In this document: one piece after another, positions 11,931-25,404 of the stretch
Layout of the letters: each line of letters opens with the position of its first letter
How positions within the stretch are numbered: the stretch's first letter is position 1
Origin: the human T2T-CHM13v2.0 reference genome, Homo sapiens
Assembly (NCBI RefSeq): GCF_009914755.1
Contig: NC_060936.1
DNA: 64,000 nucleotides
Direction: 5' to 3' (one strand)
Translations under genes and position numbers: made by a program
The notes under the pieces: model-generated
What the model was told of the DNA's origin: nothing
Databases searched by the model: none
The model's input: only the letters and a program-made list of their open reading frames with translations

Positions 11931-14900
11931 TTTAGAAGGTGCCCTTTCCTCATAGGAGCCCAGTGCCTTCCAGAGTCATCAGAGACACATGCAGGGAGAT
12001 CGGCTGCAAAACAGTAACAATAAGCTGGTAACTATGTGCTTACTAAGCATGTAAAAATGTTGTGGGCTGAAAGTTGGAGAAAAGAGAGATGGTTATTCTA
12101 AGACTTGTTTTTATCCTAGAAGTTCCTACAATTGAGAAAAAAGATTGCATTTTCTTGACTAATCCCTATTTACTCCCTGTCTGTATGTCCTATGTACAGA
12201 AGTTTTACTTAATGTTAATTCTTAAAGGAAAATGCCTATGAAGGCAGAATCCTTAATGCTTAAGAGTTCCAAAGAAAGGCTTACAAATAAATGGCAATTG
12301 CAGGTATGACAATAAAAAGACCAGACAGGTTAAGTGTTCACTGAGAATGACAGACATTTTCCTGGCAATTTGGGTGAGAATGTAATAATTTTTCTACTTG
12401 AAAAAGTAATAGTGATCTCAAGTCTTGAAGAAAAGACACAAGGTAGATCTAAGCTAATCTTCACAACTCTAGCACACAGGATAGAGGACTGGGAAATTGC
12501 ATAAATAATTTTTTTCCCAATCTCAGCAACACTTGAATTGTAGAGCTCTGTCCATGGAGTGTTATATGGGAATACTATAAGTACAGCAATATCAAGAGGC
12601 AAGAAGAAATGGTAGTGTCTGGTTAGTGGTAATAGGAGGAAGCTGTACTGCTGGGAGACAAGAAACCGTTTTTTTTTTGTTTTTTTTTCTGTGGAAATCT
12701 GCAGGAAGCGGCAAATGATTATCAGACAAGCACATCAGCCATGAGAGTGTTAGACAGAATTAAAAAGCGAGTGCACACAGATGTCAAGATAGCAGCTTTG
12801 TAGGTCTTGGGGCCCCTTGTAATAGAGACAAAGATATGGAGATGTTTCCTCCAAATAAGTCATTCGAAAACGTACACTGATAATACAATGGAGTTTGGTG
12901 CAGTGAAAAGAAAACTGACTAGAAATCAGAAGACTTGGACATTTTTCTGACTTGTCCAATTAATTGACTTATGGCATGTCAGTTAGGCTTTTTTATTACG
13001 GTTTCAGTTTAATCCTCTAGGAAAGGGATTGGCTGGACTCAATGTTGTGTAAATTTACTTCCAGTACCAATGTTTATTAATTTATTTAGGTGAGTTTGAA
13101 ATATGCATAGGAATGGTACCCATAAAAGAAAGTGCATTTATACAGTTTTTCCCATTAAAAAATGCGAAATGCTTCAGTGGTCTCTAGAGTTACTTCCCAT
13201 ATACCAAATTCCCTTTCAAATTAACACCAACATATGGAGCTCCTGCACATGCGACCTTCACATTGGATCCAGGAAAGTGGTGAGCCTGAACAGGAAGGCC
13301 ATACAGGAACTTATACAGGGAGTCAGTCAGGTGCTACTCATTGACTCTCAACATTGCTTGAACTTTTCTGCTTTTTTGCTTTAGCTTATAGTTTCATCCC
13401 CCTTCCTCTCTAATCAAACGAATTCTTTCTACCCTTTAAGGGCCTACTTAAGTCATCTCCTTTCTCTGTCCTACCTGTAGCAACAAACACCCATGCCTGC
13501 GCCATATGCAACAAGACAGTAAGTGGCTACCTCTCTTGTCATCATTCACCACTACTTGTAACTTCTCCCCTAAACCCATCATAGAACATAGCACAGTACT
13601 TTGCAAAAGAAGGGACTCCATAAGTGCTGTACCTGCAGAGGAGCAAGAATCACCCTGGCACTGGGAAATTATCCCCAATTAGTATTCGTCATAGGACGGG
13701 TGCTCCTGACTGTCCTCATGGCCTTGGATCCTAATGTACATTTTTGCACAGTTAGTGAAGAGGAAAAAGGCTTGGAGCATAGTCTTTCCAGTCCTTTGTT
13801 GACATAACATAAGGTCACCCAAGTCTGACTTAATTTATGAAGCTTGAACTACCAAATTCTCCTATTTAAAAAAAAATATTTTCCAGAGTCTTTCATTTCA
13901 AGTTTTTATTCACTTCTTCATCAAAATTTCCTTCTGGAGTTCATCTATCATCTCTCTTGATGCTGCTTATAGTATGTGATCATATTTAATCTTCTCTATG
14001 AGGATAGAAATATAAAGCCTGTAGATATCTGTTCTCCAATTTTCCCATGAAACTAAGAAATTCCCACAGTGGTACTATTGCTTCTTGCCTGAATCCGCCC
14101 AAACCCTCATGTCCCCCCTCTGCTACCATTTCCAGCCTTTTGTTCTTTCCTCTTTTCTACATTTCTCTAGACGTTCATTCCATAAATCCTTCTCCACAAT
14201 CTTTCAAGAGTTCTGGAATCTGGGTTCAGCCAAGTGGAGTAAGATATAATTCTTGTTCTGAGGATGCTATAGTTAAAAGCAGAAATTGTAGTAGATAGGA
14301 TTGAGGTTAGACAGGAGAAATATCCTCCACTGGTTTAAGATGAGGGAGTTAAGAGCTGTGAAATGAGTATCTTCCAACAAAAATTATTATCAGAGGCAGT
14401 AACTGTAGCAGCGGCAGAAAACCTGTAGAGGTATGTCATAATTATGACTCGAAGAATATCGCCTATTTCTAGTCTCTGTTTTCCCAGGGAAGCAGGTGGG
14501 GATTCACTACACATTGACACGGGCAAGTCAAAGGTAGGTAGTCATAATAACTGAAATGTATAGAGTACTGCATATTTATCCATAAAACTTTCCTGTAAAC
14601 TGCTTAACTTAATCCTGACAACCACTTTAGAGCTGATTATGGTTACCTGACCCTCATAGAGATACGTTATTTGTCCAAGGCCACATCCCTGTAGTGCTGA
14701 GATTTAAACTCAAGTTGGTCTGACTCCATGTTATATAGTTTTTCCACTGACATTAGAATAAGAAAATGGCCCAATGTCACCATCCAATGTAATTTGGGAT
14801 TAAAAAAAAAGGAGAAGTTATTTTAGTAAATTCTCCATTTTGCATCTATGTAAGCTCTCCATGTTATAGTTTAGTAGAGAAGAAGCACCATAAACACAAT

Positions 14901-15542
14901 GTAATTTATATTTGGTTCTGTGACAGTCTTAGTGCAGGAAGTGTTGCTTTGTTTGTGTTATTAGAATAATTTCCTTTCTGACTCCAGCTAGGTGATTATG
15001 AAGCAGTTTAGCCTTCCTCAGGCTTACAGAGTGGTTTTTTTGGCAAGGGCCCACCTAACTTCTAGTTGGGAGGAGAGAATCTGCCTGGAATTCCGCATTA
15101 CTTTCAGGTTGTTGTGGCATTCAGAATATTTCATAACGGTTTGGGGCACCACAGAGCAATGAGAGCTGATACCATCACCGCCCTGTGGTGGGGCCCCGCC
15201 CGGTACATGGCTGATGTGGCCTTGAATTTCTGGGGCCTGTCTGGGGAGTCTTGAGGAAAGAGCTGGGATAGCTGGGCTGGTCATGGGCACTCAGAGGGCT
15301 TGGGAAAGTGGATAATTATCATTAGTAGACATATTTTAATATTTTAGCAACTATTAGCCTACCAGTTTGCACCTGACAAATATCAGCTCTGCTTACAGAT
15401 ACTTCACCATGGGGCAATTTTCAAGGGGCTCAGTAAGGATGACCAATGCTTCTTTTTCTTTAAAGTTCAGAGTGTTATTTAGAAATTAAAGAAAAGGAAA
15501 ACTGTAGAAAGAGTTTGGGCCTTGGAATCAGAGTAAGCCTAA

Positions 15543-15743
<201 letters not shown>

Positions 15744-16068
15744 TCTATACCTAATTTTCTTCATAAAATAGATACTGTGCCAAACTAGTTGGGTGATTGG
15801 CAGTTGTAATCAGGTAACACATATTAAGTCCCTGATGTATAAAGGTGGTGCTTAATAAGTGATAGATATGATTATGATTATGAATCTCCCCTCAGTCTAA
15901 GATGTTCACTAAAGTTGAAACATCTTGAGGAATAAGGAAGGAAAGAAGGAAGGAAGAAGGTGAGAATTGCAGGGTACAGTTGACAGTATAAAATCAAGAT
16001 GGTGAAAAAGATTTTTTAAATCTGTGTTAAGCAGAGATAAAAAGTAAGCAATGAAAAGTCTTTCTTTC

Positions 16069-16242
16069 CTGGGGCCTGTCCTAGGGTGGGGGGAGGGGGG
16101 AGAGATAGCATTAGGAGATGTACCTAATGTAACTGACGAGTTAACGGGTGCAGCACACCAACATGGCACATGTATACATATGTAACAAACCTGCACATTG
16201 TGCACGTGTACCCTAGAACTTAAAGTATAATATATTAAAAAA
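16069..16242 (+). mobile_element. 5'-truncated L1PA (L1PA4/5-like) 3' end, ~175 bp
   Basis: G-rich tract, gggtgcagcacaccaacatggcacatgtatac, ccctagaacttaaagtataat, poly(A); perfect 15-bp TSD aaaagtctttctttc (16054-16068 and 16243-16257). Confidence 0.95.
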
Positions 16243-16261
16243 AAAAGTCTTTCTTTCTTAC

Positions 16262-16500
16262 CTAATTCCCAAAGGGACCAGAGAGATTACCTAATCCTGT
16301 TCACTCATTTTGTAGTTGAGGAAACTGAAGAGAGAGAGAAAGGAGGGAGAAAGAGAGAGAGAGAGGGAGGGAGAAGCAGGCTTGCCTGGAGTCACAAAGA
16401 ATATTAGTGGTTTTAAATGGGAACCAAACTCACAAGTTCTGAGTTCCAGATGCATGCTTTCTTCCTTTATATCATACAGCCTTCCTCCTGCCACACTTGG
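16262..16500 (-). other. TESPA1: Candidate alternative non-coding first exon of TESPA1 (5' end uncertain)
   Basis: Minus-strand donor TAG|gtaaga at 16262/16261 (weaker TAG|gtaatc at 16291); TSS cannot be determined from sequence. Confidence 0.4.
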
Positions 16501-19244
16501 TTTCCAAGGCCCAGTCCCAGGTTTGCCTTTAGTGCTCTAGGGGACATGTATGAGACAGACCTCTCTTCTCTTCTGTCTGTTTTGTACCTATGCCCCAAGC
16601 AGTGCCTGTGAGTTGAGACTGAGAGTGAGAACCAGTGTGGGAGGAGAGAAGAAGGAAATGGGGTTTCCATGATGTGGCCCATAAGACCTTCTGCATCCAC
16701 AGCCAAGATATACATCATTACCATCGCAGAGCTGCGGGAAATCCCAGAGTAGCTAACATTTCTCTGTTCATGAACTGGACAAACTCCACCTCAACCCAGG
16801 TGGATTGTCCCCCATTTGACATACCCCAATCTGCAACAAATTCTCACATTCCTTCATAGAACTGTCTTCTAGCTCCTAACCCTCTTCCATGTCACTCAGG
16901 TTGGAAGATCATCAGAACAAGAATTTCCCTGAGTATAATATTTGAGCATTCTGAGACTTCTATTGTCTAAGGAGCAGTTCAATCTGTTCGGGGAAAAGGG
17001 GAGATGTTACTTGGTAAATAACAGAAAGAAAAAATGCCCATTAGTCAATAGAACTCCTATTCCCCTCCCTTTTCATACTCTTTCTCCCACAAATAAGCGT
17101 AGCTGAATAAATACTGAAAGAAGACCATCTAAGACCTTTTTCCTCTCCTTCCCTTTCTTCCTTACTTCCACTTTTAGGATATGAATTTTAAGAAAGGCTT
17201 GTATAATTGCTACAGGAAATATTAAAGTTGTGGATTTGGAAAAAAAATTAATCGCTTGTTCTCAATGTAGGGAGACATCAAATATCTTCATTTGAATGGG
17301 CAATAAAGACATCAAGAATAAGAAACAGCAGTTTATCTGAGCTGATTTATAGATGGCTTCATCAAGAGAAAGTAGGGAGAATGAGCAGATTTCTCAACCA
17401 TTGTGTTAGCTCTGTGAATTCGTATCTTTAATTCTTCAGTTTCATTTCCTTGGTAATAAGCTCTGTCCTGCATATATTCATTTTTCTTCTTTCCTGCTTT
17501 TCTTTTTCAATATCTACACACTCTCTTCTCCTCGTCCCTCTACTTATTTGACTGAACTCTTTTCTCAATCTGAAATCTGTGTTTAGGCCATTCTGCATCA
17601 GGCCTGGGTGTCGTAAGGCACACAGTACTGTGGGTACTGGAATATCCACTTTGGTCTTGTGCCTTAGGTGGAAAAGAGAACAGTTTTCAGTTTGCAGGTG
17701 GAAATAAACGTGTGATCTTTTCCCCTTACTGTAGCCCAGAAGGAATCTTGTAAGTCACAGCATTGGCTGAGACGAGACCTCCATACTAGAATCCAAATCA
17801 AACATTGAACTGAAAATGACGGTTGGGGCTTCATGTTCACTACATAATGCTGAATCGCAGGGTTCCATCTTAATTTTCAAAAAACCCAAGAGTTATGAGA
17901 ACATGTTGGTAGCGTGGCTGTAAATGGTTTCTAAACACCCTGGGGTGCATGCGAATAACTCAGATGTTAAATTGCTTTCTATCCCTTCTGCTATATCTTC
18001 AGCTTGTTATTTCTGATAATAGTCCAAGTAGAGACAGACAATAAACCTGACTTCCCTTCTTCCTACTAACACTTCATGCTGCAAGACAATATTGTGAGAT
18101 CTTTATCTCTAATCACTCAGCTGAACAACTATTGAGTCTGATACTTGGACACACAAGTTGAAGGTTCCTACCTCCAACCTCCCATCCTAGGTACTGCCCT
18201 GCACCATCTAGAAAGTCTCCTTACCTCTCTACTCAGGACCATTTGTGGTATACAGAGTCACTAGTACTTCCCTGGATATCTCCTGTAAATGCTCACAGTC
18301 TTGTCAAATCACTTCTGTGGAACTCTCCTTTCTTGTCCTTGCCCTGCCCTGGGGACCCACCCTTTTTCTCCCACCCACTGGTGAGCTTAGTGGCACAGAA
18401 GGGGCATGGGAAAACCCCAGGGTGGAGGATCTTTCCACTCCTCCATCTACCCCAAAACTCATGTAGGTGGTGATATGCTCTGCCTGCTACCACTGGGGCA
18501 AGGGGTGTTGGAGGAGCATGAAGCCCCCAATATTATGTAGGTCACTGAGAAGGCAACACATCCATCTATCTATCTTTGAGATGTGAACCCTGAAATCTGG
18601 TCCTGATGGTGGCTATCCATCTATCTTGAGCCTCCCGGTGAATTTGACCTTACCTCACTCAAGTGTGTACATCCTCCCTCGTAGCTGACCTCAATATATC
18701 TTGCTGCAGTTTATCTCAACAAGTTTCTTCTACAGCTTCTGAAGAAAGAGTTCATACCCACAGAAAGCAAAGTTGATTTCAGCCAGGTACTCTCAATGGT
18801 TGGAGCTATGGACACTAGAGTAGGGCCTGAAATGAAACCGGGAAACTTCTTCCTTGAGAACTTTTCGATGTTATAATCAGATGGAAATTGCAGCAACAAT
18901 GAGTTCAGCAAGACACAGAGAAGAACTTTGCAGGTGAGAAAGGTGAAAAAAAATTCCTAAAATGTTATTCAAGTCATCAAAGAGACCCAAGTTTTGAGAA
19001 TCTAGAAAGATTACCTCTCTGATAATAAAGAGAAAACAAACAAACGAAAGCAAAAGGGCACCCAGCATCGTTCTCCTAGGCATAATGATGGATGCTTTTA
19101 AGGTTGAAGTAAGAGTGGTGGGAGATTTTCTCTTGATTTTCCCTTGACTTGACAGCCTGATTTTTCTCTGACATGTTTCCTTCTTTCTCCTAGCATCACC
19201 CTAAATCAGTACAGCCTTGAAACTGAGATAAAGGCTGTGCTTAC

Positions 19245-19400
19245 CTGTCTGCTGGTAGAAAGCTGAGTTTGAGGCAAAGCAGTTGTCGAAGCTGGGCCGA
19301 GGCCTTCACAGGTGTGGGCACAGAGGTGAAGCAAGTGAGAAAGTATCATGTTGTAGATTATGCCTTTCTCCCTGAACTCATTCAACTGCTGTTGCCTGCT
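19245..19400 (-). other. TESPA1: TESPA1 non-coding exon 1 (TSS approximate)
   Basis: Strong donor CAG|gtaagc at 19245/19244, directly downstream of an ETS/RUNX/GC-box cluster. Confidence 0.7.
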
Positions 19401-19404
19401 CAAA

Positions 19405-19475
19405 AGGGGAAGCGGAAATGAGAACACACCACACACACACACATCCACACATGTAGATGCAGTCCCCGCCTCCTG
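19405..19475 (-). promoter_or_regulatory. TESPA1: TESPA1 proximal promoter: tandem ETS, RUNX, GC box
   Basis: GGAAGCGGAAAT 19408-19419, ACCACA 19428-19433, CCCCGCC 19464-19470. Confidence 0.55.
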
Positions 19476-21029
19476 GCCCAGCCACATCCTTTGCTCCGGC
19501 TCAGGAGACTGAGCGAAGGACAAACCATCCGTAGACACGGTGCTCATAACTAGGAAGACCTTCCTGCCCCAGAGCTGCCTCTGTCTTTCCAGAAAAACAG
19601 GAGATCTTTTCCTATTAAGGCAAAGGTACAGTCCATTTAAAGAGGTGTGTGCAGGAGTCTTCCTACCATATAACTAGAATTCCACTGCTGCAGATAAATC
19701 CTTCTGTCCTCAGGAGAGCTGTCTGAAAATGGGAAAGCTCTCTCTCATAAATGATCTGGCGTTTATCTCAGAGAAGAAGTTTCCAGTCGTATCACACACT
19801 TGAGAGGGCTCTGAGCCAGTCGCTCTGTGTTGATAACTTTCATACTCTGGTAAATTCCCCCGAAGCTTGTTTTTGAATACTGACTACTTTTTTTTTCTGT
19901 TAGTTTCTTAACTTTGTTTTATGTTCAAACCACTTCAAAGTTTTTGTTTTTGTAGTAAATGACTGCTTTCCCCAACGTTTTCAAAGCTGAACTTTTAAAA
20001 TCGGTTACACCCTGAAGATGTCTTCAGTTTATTGGTTTTCAGTTTGGAAAAGGCTTGTTGAACTCTAAAAGGTTTCTCCCAGGCCTCAATCACTTTCACC
20101 CACCGGGAGCATCCAGCACTGCTAACTATCCCTCCTCGCTTCTCCAGTATCTCTGAACACTCTTCTCCGTAGGATGCTGCTGCATTTTGGATATCTTCTT
20201 TCTGTCTCTCTCCTGATTCTACTGTTTCCTTCTTTAAATCATTTATTTATGAATGTATATCACAATATTTATTCTACAAGGCACTCCTCTAATGTGTTAA
20301 TTGTGACTGATTTTCACATGTTCATTACCTTCTTTCTGATTTTTTGGCTATAGGTATAGTTAGATTTTTTTTTTACCATGTTTCTAAATTCCATTTCCAA
20401 TCATCAATGGGACAACTCCATTGAGTATCCATAGTATAGCTATAATATGGTAGAAATAATCCTAAATAAAATTCTTGCTTGGCAAATTAAGTTCTCAAAA
20501 CATTATTTTCTTCAAGTATAATGTGAGGAAAATAACAATTCTCTCTGTTTCTCACTCAACCCTTCTCCCACGCTATTCCTTTTACGTAGGCATGAAAATA
20601 TCTAACATATTTTCTCAGGACATAGTAGATGCTAAATATGTGCTTCTCTGAGAATTAGCTTCACAGTCAACAAGTAAAATGCTAAATCCAACACGCCCTA
20701 ATTCTCTTTATTTACTATTCTTTTCCGTACAAATTAACTATAAAAGCTGAACTAATGGAAACTTAACAACTCTTTTAAATCCTAAGTTTCTAGAATTCAA
20801 TGTTTTCCTTAACAGTTGTTTTCCAATATGTTTGGGAAATGGAGAATATAACTTCGGTAGGGAGTTTGGAAATATGTGAGAGAGATTTAATTTTCAAAGA
20901 AATGGGAAGCTGATACTGGTATTTAGTACCTGAGGGCCAATGATGATAAGTGCTTTTGAAGGGATGGGACTCTTCAGTATAAGGAATAATTGTCCTGGCC
21001 CAAATGTCAACATTTTGTTAACATTGATA

Positions 21030-21245
21030 GTTTGATGGTTAGGAGAGCAGGCTTTAGAGTGAAGCTCTGGCATCAAGTAGCTCTGTAGTCTTGGATACGT
21101 TAACATCTCTAGGTCTCAGTTTGTTAGCTGCTAAATGGCGATAACCTTACAGGAGTGGTTGTAGAGCTATAAGAATAAAGGAATACAGAGTATTCAGTCC
21201 AGCGCCTACCTTACAGCAAATGCTCAAGAAATTGCAGCTATTTTT
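21030..21245 (+). mobile_element. MIR
   Basis: Degenerate MIR (ggttaggagagcaggcttt...tctcagttt...aaatgctcaagaaattgcagctatt). Confidence 0.65.
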
Positions 21246-21270
21246 AAGACTCTTGAAATATAATAGTTTC

Positions 21271-22007
21271 TTTTAACTTTTATTTTAAGTTCAGTGGTAC
21301 ATGTGCAAGTTTGTTACATAGGTAAACTCCTGTCATAGGGGTTTGTTGTACAGATTATTTCATCACCCAGGTATTAAGCCTAGTACCCAATAGGTATTTG
21401 TTTTGATCCTCTCCCTCCTTCCACCCTCTACCCTCCCATAGGCCCCAGTGTGGGTTGTTTCCCTCTATGTGTCCATGTGTTCTCATCATTTAGCTCCCAC
21501 TTATAGGTGAGAACATGCGGTATTTGGTTTTCTGTTCCTGTGTTAGTTTGCTAAGGATAATGGCCTCCAGCTCCATCCATGTTGCTGCAAAGGACATGAT
21601 CTCATTCTTTTTTATGGCTGCATAGTATTCCATGGTGTATATGTTCCACATTTTCTTTATCCAGTCTATCATCACTGGGCATTTGGGTTGATTCCATGTC
21701 TTTGCTATTGTGAATAGTGTTGCAGCAAACATACATGTGCTCGTGTCTTTATAACAGAATGATTTATATTCCTCCAGGTATATACTCGGTAATGGGATTG
21801 CTGAGTCTAAAGATATTTCTGTTTTTAGGTCTTTGAGCAATCGCCACATTGTCTTCCACAAGGGTTGAACTAATTTACACTCCCGCCAACAGTGTATAAA
21901 CATTCCTTTTCCTCTGCCACCTCGCCAACATCTTTTATTTTTTGACTTTTTAATAATAGCCATTCTGAGTAGTGTGAGATGGTATCTCATTGTGGTTTTG
22001 ATTTGCA
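21271..22007 (-). mobile_element. 5'-truncated older L1PA: ORF2 C-terminus plus 3'UTR
   Basis: Track ORF 21490-22083 contains the L1 ORF2 tail ([12 protein letters not shown]...QEQKTKYRMFS); TSD tgaaatataata at 21254 and 22008. Confidence 0.95.
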
Positions 22008-22339
22008 TGAAATATAATATTTTCAGTTTCTCCAGAATACTATGTCTATCTGTCAAAATTACCTCACTCATTAAAGATACCATTTCACAAGCAATTGCTA
22101 GAGATTTTTTTGTTAATAAAAAAGATGTATTAATTTTTGGTTTTTATTTATATTTATTCTTAATTTTTATGAGTACATATGTAGGTTTATATGTTTATAG
22201 TATTTGTGATTTATTTTTTGAAAGAAATATTTTTCTCTTCTACAAGCAGCTTCTGAAAGACAAAGATGAAGACTATATGATTCCTAGGAGGAGGAGGCGG
22301 CCCAGGGTATTCCTCTGTTTATCTTCTTTCTCAGTTGTA

Positions 22340-22490
22340 TAGTCTTTCTCTTTCTTTCTTTGTTTCTTTCCTTCTTTCCCTTCCTTCCTTCCATTCCTTT
22401 TCCTTCCTTCCTTCCTTCCTTCCTTCCTTCCTTCTTTCCTTCCTTCCCTCCTTTCCTCCTTCCCCTTTCTCTTTTTTCCCTCTCACCTGC
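22340..22490. repeat. (TTCC)n/CT-rich polypyrimidine tract
   Basis: Directly visible. Confidence 0.9.
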
Positions 22491-23174
22491 CCTTCCCACC
22501 CTTTGAAAACATTGTCTCTATATCTTTGGCACCATGAACTTCTCTGAGCATATATTCCAGGTGCTTCATGAAAACAAAATGACTTGTTCTTTTTATACGA
22601 GACGCAGTAGTTCAGGGTTTCTGAAGGTTTTTTTGTGAGCTTGTTCATTTTTTTTCCCTTGGTTAAAAATAAAAACCCTTATGCTAACTGAGATAATGAA
22701 TTAGCTCTCTACTGCCTATGTGATTCAGCAGTTTGGTGCCTCATCATAGGGCCTATTTGTCATTCCATGGCTCCCTCTCTTGTGTTTTATAGAATTTAGT
22801 AAAAACCCTGAACTAGGGGTAAAAGAGCAATCTGAGTTTAAAACTATACTAGTTACTTAATTTCACTGGATATCAGTATCACCTTCTGACAGAGAAATAT
22901 TTTCTAAGATCCTCTTGGCTTTAGATGTCAGTAACACCTGTACAGACTATTTTTCTCTACCCTTTTATAACTGCATGTAGTTTATTATGGAAAATGAAAA
23001 TATTAAGTGATATTTGGTAAGAAATTATTATAAAGGTATTAGAAAAAGTATTTTGAAAGACTCTTTTCCATTGAAAAGCCAAGTAAATATTGCTTTTGAA
23101 TAATATTATCCTCTAGACATGTAACCTGATAACACTGATAAATAAGAACAATTTCTGAACACTGATGAGCCCAT

Positions 23175-23375
23175 CAAACAGATGGGCTGTAGTGAGTATA
23201 AGTTCTGGAGCTGCAGAACTACAGGCTGAGCTGGCAGGTTGCCCAGACCTGGGGCAGAGCCAGGACAGCTGTCCATAGAGGCTGTCCCAAGACAGAGAAG
23301 CTGCTGCTCAGAGCCACTGCTCTGGGCCGAGCAGCTGGGCCCCTCTGCCCAGGCCCAGATGCAAATCATCTGCCT
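23175..23375. promoter_or_regulatory. Candidate enhancer: five E-boxes and an octamer
   Basis: CAGATG 23179, CAGCTG 23266 and 23332, CAGATG 23356, ATGCAAAT 23359-23366, CATCTG 23367; no repeat recognised, GC-elevated. Confidence 0.4.
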
Positions 23376-24083
23376 CCATTTCAGCTCTCAACCTTCTTCT
23401 TTCTCAGATCCTGGGGTTTGCAAATGCCATTTTTGTTTTGTTTTGTTTGGCTGTTTTGTTTTTTTTTCTAAGAGTCTGTTCCTCCAAATTGCTGATGTGG
23501 GAATTTGAGTGAGTTTGTCTCCTTCCTGTACCAAAGGCTCAAAAGTAGAAAGAGAGAGTGGATAGAATTGTAGGGGAGAGAGCAGTGATTTAACTCACCA
23601 AGGATTTTCTGAACTTTCTCCAGGCAGAAAAGTGTCCACCAAGGTCATCTTGTTCTTTTCTCTGCTTCTATGTTCTGGTTGTTAAGGATACAAACAAATG
23701 GGATTCTCTAACTTTTCTAACCTACCCATTCTACTAAATTACTCCACTCAATGCCAGAAAGTTCTTCCTTCTGTCTGGCTGTATCTTCCCTCTGTAAGAG
23801 TCCAGCAAAACAGAAGAGCAATCCATCTCAGGCCTCTGCAGAGGGTGTTCTTTCAGTGATCTGGATTGTAATTCTACCCAAAATGTATTTTATTGGATAC
23901 CTTCTGAGTGTCAGAAATGAGATAGATCTGGGGAAGGGGCTGAGGGGAGTATAGAAGGAGAGGAAGATATACAAGGGGGAGAAACAGTATCAAATACTGT
24001 CCCTTAGAGGGCTTATTTTCTAGTATGATCAAGTAATTTGGGGAAATACAGGGTTAACAAAAGACAAACATGTTCCTTTAAGG

Positions 24084-24287
24084 CAGTGGTCCCCAACCTT
24101 TTGGCATCAAGGACTGGTTTCATGGAAGACAATTTTTCCATGGGAGCAGGGTGAGGGGGAGGGTTTGGCGATGAAACTGTTCCACTTCAGATGATCATGC
24201 CTGCCACTCACCTTCCTGCTGTGAGGCCAGGTTCCTAACAGGCAACCAAACTGTGCTGGTCTGTGGTCCAGGGGTTGAGGCCCCCTG
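24084..24287 (+). mobile_element. MER1B-like hAT-Charlie non-autonomous DNA transposon, internally deleted
   Basis: TIRs cagtggtccccaacc / ggttgaggccccctg and exact 8-bp TSD ctttaagg on both sides. Confidence 0.9.
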
Positions 24288-25036
24288 CTTTAAGGCATAA
24301 CTTCTTGAGGCTTTTAATAGATTAACATGAATTGTGACTCTCCTAGAAGGAGAAAGTTTTGTATTTCCCAAATGTATTGGCCTATGGATTCCCCTGCCCT
24401 CCCCTCCCCTCCCCTCTCCTTCCCTACCCTTCCCTTATCTTTCCTTCCTTCCTTGGAACATCCCAAGGAAATTATTTTGGAAAAGTTTTCTTCCACTACA
24501 GCCACTTCTCTGGATTAAATCGTGACATTAACATCTTTGATTATATTCAGATGGCTATGAACACAGGATTGAATTCTCAGTGAGCCTATGTTTCATCTTT
24601 CTTTTGATCAAGCCCATTTAACTCAGAATCACAGGTCTTAATTGAGTTCTTCTGTGTGATTTGCATGGTGAGTGCTCAGTGTTTTGTAAGCCCATGGAGG
24701 AGGACAGAGCCTGGATGTGGGTGTAAGTGCAGTGGAGGAGGAGAGATCTGAGGGTTTCATAGGATGGGAGGCAGGAGCCTTTCAGGGCTAGAGAGAGATC
24801 TATCAAGAAAAATCTCATGGACTTGACAAACAAGAAATGTGGAAGAGTTTTAAAACTTGATCTCTCTTCCCAAAAGAAAAGAGGGCTTCCAGCAGGGTTC
24901 CTCCCTACACCTGGGACCTGGTACAAAGTAAACACTTATAGCAACGGTATAATTATTGATGGGGAAAGAAAGAAGAGGAGGAGTGAAAAGCAGTCAAAAT
25001 TTTTAGATGATAGAGGATTTAAGGTGGGTTGAGCTA

Positions 25037-25404
25037 TTACCTTAGTATGTTCATCTGCTACAACAGAGAAAATCCCATAAAATGGGTGATTTACAAACAA
25101 CAGTAATTTATTTCTGGCAGTTCTGGAGAGAAGTCCAAAATCAAGGTGCTGGCGGATTTGGTGTCTGGTGAGAGCCTACTTCCTAAGTCATAGATACCTG
25201 TCTTCTCACTGTGTCCTCATGTGATGGGAAGGGAGAGCTAGCTCTCTGGGGTCTCTCTTATAAGGCCCTAATCCTGATCGTGAGGGCTCTGCTCTCCTGA
25301 CCTAATCATTTCACCAAAATGCCACCTCATGATACCATCACCTTGGGGGTTAAAGTTTCAACATATGAATTTGGGGGGCTGGCATGAACATTCAGACTAT
25401 AGCA
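25037..25404 (-). mobile_element. MLT1A-like MaLR solo LTR
   Basis: aatttatttct..cagttctggag..aagtccaaaatcaaggtgctggcggatttggtgtctggtgag; ends aacattcagactatagca. Confidence 0.85.

Noticed and set aside
18225-18282. Possible 58-nt TESPA1 UTR cassette exon (donor GAG|gtaagg; another donor near 18653)
   Set aside because: Acceptor lacks a polypyrimidine tract; cannot be supported without transcript data
21490-22083. 197-aa ORF as a gene
   Set aside because: It is the ORF2 C-terminus of a 5'-truncated L1 with a few flanking codons; no promoter or splice evidence
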